This document shows positions 1 to 1,110 of a stretch of 1,110 nt of DNA, one piece after another. The first letter of the stretch is position 1. Every line of letters begins with the position of its first letter. The position numbers and the translations under genes are program-made. The notes beneath the pieces are model-generated. The model was not told the origin of the DNA. It searched no databases and was given only the letters and a program-made list of their open reading frames with translations. Origin of the DNA: Naegleria gruberi (Eukaryota); NCBI GenBank assembly GCA_000004985.1, contig GG739552.1, one strand, 5' to 3'.

Positions 1-1
1 T

Positions 2-115
2 GTACCCGTTGAAAAAAATCGGAACAAACTCACGCCGTTTGCGCTATTGTTGAATTTACTTTGTAGTATCGAGCCTCTGTTGCATCATCATACTTCAGCA
101 ACAAGTCATTCGTAA
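2..115 (+). CDS. Possible C-terminal fragment of an unidentified convergent ORF (5' end outside window), ending in HHHTSATSHS*
   Basis: Plus frame 2 is open from the window edge to TAA at 113..115 (37 codons: VPVEKNRNKLTPFALLLNLLCSIEPLLHHHTSATSHS*). It is too short to assess coding potential and I recognise no motif. It could equally be non-coding 3'UTR of the Tet gene. Confidence 0.12.
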   Translation, partial: VPVEKNRNKLTPFALLLNLLCSIEPLLHHHTSATSHS

Positions 116-130
116 TAAAAGCAATAATAG

Positions 131-136
131 TTTATT
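131..136 (-). promoter_or_regulatory. Candidate polyadenylation hexamer AATAAA overlapping the stop codon of the Tet gene (minus-strand reading TAAATAAA)
   Basis: Plus-strand 'tttatt' at 131..136 reads AATAAA on the minus strand, immediately after and overlapping TAA 132..134. The sequence is very AT-rich, so a chance occurrence is plausible. Naegleria polyadenylation signals are not well defined, to my knowledge. Confidence 0.25.
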
Positions 137-1097
137 TAGTTTCTTTATGTATTTTAAGGGAGTTCTTTTGGGTGTCTTCATAATACGGTTTAGTTTTGCT
201 TCCTTTATGAGCAAAATACACCAATCCTATCCTCCATCCCGATGTGATATTTGCAACAACATGCTTGTATTCATTTCCTTTGAAGAATAGCACGTCTCCA
301 GGTTGAACAAACACCTTGCAATTCTTATCAGTCAATTCTAAATATCCTTCTGTGTTTTGAAAATTGCCAAAGTAAAACAACGAACTTGGAGTGATATCAA
401 GATTATCTTTATGTGGTTTTCTAATTCTGTGACCATCGTTGCTTGGTTTTAACGAGTTGAAGGCGGTTGAGGGATATAAACAATTATTTAGAGCATAGTA
501 TGAATCATTCAATGATACCAAGTAGTTGATCGTTCTGGATGAAACACACGTCAACAACTTTGAAATGTAATAATTGATCTGTGGATTCACAATTTCCGAT
601 AAATACTGTCCCAACTCTTGTGAAAGATCCGCAGTAACGTAGTTAAATGGCATACTATTATCCAAAATTCCACTATATCCAGTATCCTTTTTCCTACCAG
701 TTTGAATAGATTCAAACTTTTCTGTAAATTCCTCCACTAATTCTTTCGGCAATACATTTGGCAAATAGGCCAACTCTACACTTCCATCATGATCACACAC
801 AAAATATGCCGTCCTTACGTTCTTTAACCATTTTTCATCCTTCAAGGTAATGTTTGCATTGGTGAATGATTGTTGAAACGTTGTTTTGCACTTCGAAAGC
901 AAATTTTGAAGTAACGATTTTTTGTTGATACCACCACCACTATCAAGAAGCGTAGTTGTGTTTGCAACCTCCTCTCCTCGATTCACACAAACGGGCCCAT
1001 TGGGATGCGTTTGTGTTAAGTTGGCAGTGGTACCCTTTATGCAATATTTCCTCTTTGTTTCCTTCTCCTTGATTGTTTGTTGTTTGAATGTTGTCAT
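132..1097 (-). CDS. NgTet1: TET/JBP-family Fe(II)/2-oxoglutarate-dependent 5-methylcytosine dioxygenase; matches Naegleria gruberi Tet-like dioxygenase 1 (NgTet1), full length 321 aa, single exon
   Basis: Continuous 966-nt ORF on the minus strand, ATG at 1095..1097 and TAA at 132..134. Translation contains the HxD iron-binding motif (PHKDNLD; His229/Asp231, nt 405..413) and a distal iron-binding His in 'NEYKHVV' (His279, nt 261..263). It also contains the 2OG-binding Arg in 'SGWRIGLVYFAHK' (Arg289, nt 231..233), which closely parallels TET2 'TRISLVFYQHK'. Residue numbers H229/D231/H279/R289/N147/F295/H297 and the 321-aa length coincide with what I recall for the published NgTet1 structure. 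AT-rich composition fits N. gruberi. I cannot run a database search, so organism and paralogue assignment rest on memory of that structure paper. Confidence 0.88.
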   Translation of the reverse strand: MTTFKQQTIKEKETKRKYCIKGTTANLTQTHPNGPVCVNRGEEVANTTTLLDSGGGINKKSLLQNLLSKCKTTFQQSFTNANITLKDEKWLKNVRTAYFVCDHDGSVELAYLPNVLPKELVEEFTEKFESIQTGRKKDTGYSGILDNSMPFNYVTADLSQELGQYLSEIVNPQINYYISKLLTCVSSRTINYLVSLNDSYYALNNCLYPSTAFNSLKPSNDGHRIRKPHKDNLDITPSSLFYFGNFQNTEGYLELTDKNCKVFVQPGDVLFFKGNEYKHVVANITSGWRIGLVYFAHKGSKTKPYYEDTQKNSLKIHKETK

Positions 1098-1110
1098 TTT
1101 TTTAAATGTT
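1098..1110 (-). promoter_or_regulatory. A-rich translation-initiation context upstream of the ATG (minus strand AACATTTAAAAAA-ATG)
   Basis: Reverse complement of 1098..1110 is aacatttaaaaaa, placing A at -3 and an A-run directly 5' of the start codon. This is typical of AT-rich protist start contexts. The true promoter lies outside the window. Confidence 0.3.

Noticed and set aside
11-19. A7 homopolymer run (gaaaaaaatc) as a possible terminator or slippery site
   Set aside because: It is ordinary for AT-rich eukaryotic intergenic or UTR sequence. There is no adjacent hairpin to suggest a rho-independent terminator and a bacterial context is unlikely.
114-119. Plus-strand AATAAA as a polyA signal for the Tet gene
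   Set aside because: It is on the wrong strand for the minus-strand gene. It could only serve a hypothetical plus-strand convergent transcript, so it is reported separately at low confidence.
930-941. accaccaccac trinucleotide repeat
   Set aside because: It simply encodes the Gly run in 'DSGGG' (residues 52-56) on the minus strand. It is short, in frame and not a microsatellite of note.
132-1097. Possibility that this is a phage-encoded TET/JBP 5mC hydroxylase, as in 5hmC hypermodification systems, or part of a novel DNA-modification operon
   Set aside because: Catalytic-residue numbering and the 321-aa length match the eukaryotic NgTet1 exactly, as far as I can recall. Start and stop contexts look eukaryotic (A-rich Kozak-like, AATAAA). 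No partner genes (C5-MTase, glycosyltransferase) are present in the window to define a system.
132-1097. Four N-x-T sequons (ANLT, ANTT, ANIT x2) suggesting a glycoprotein
   Set aside because: There is no signal peptide or transmembrane segment and the N-terminus is highly basic and hydrophilic. The enzyme is nuclear or cytosolic, so the sequons are most likely coincidental in an Asn/Thr-rich protein.

Overview
This AT-rich 1110-bp window holds one intron-less gene on the minus strand (132..1097, 321 aa), and I identify it as a TET/JBP-family Fe(II)/2-oxoglutarate dioxygenase. The active-site residues sit at the positions I recall for Naegleria gruberi Tet-like dioxygenase 1 (NgTet1, 321 aa, crystallised with 5mC-DNA). 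These are the HxD motif at His229-Lys230-Asp231, the distal His279, the 2OG-anchoring Arg289, and Asn147, Phe295 and His297. The C-terminal strand 'WRIGLVYFAHK' also closely parallels human TET2 'TRISLVFYQHK'. I therefore call this the known 5mC oxidase NgTet1 (5mC to 5hmC, 5fC and 5caC; also T to 5hmU) from an AT-rich heterolobosean amoeba genome, not a novel system. The remaining 131 bp at the left edge look like a short convergent intergenic or 3'UTR region. It carries a possible tail of a plus-strand ORF that stops at 113..115. An AATAAA hexamer overlaps the stop codon on each strand (TAAATAAA on minus, TAATAAA on plus). The 13 nt upstream of the ATG are A-rich, a eukaryotic-style start context. 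The gene fills the window, so no neighbouring methyltransferase or glycosyltransferase is visible and I cannot support any multi-gene 'system' claim from this sequence. I found no RNA genes, CRISPR arrays or mobile-element termini.
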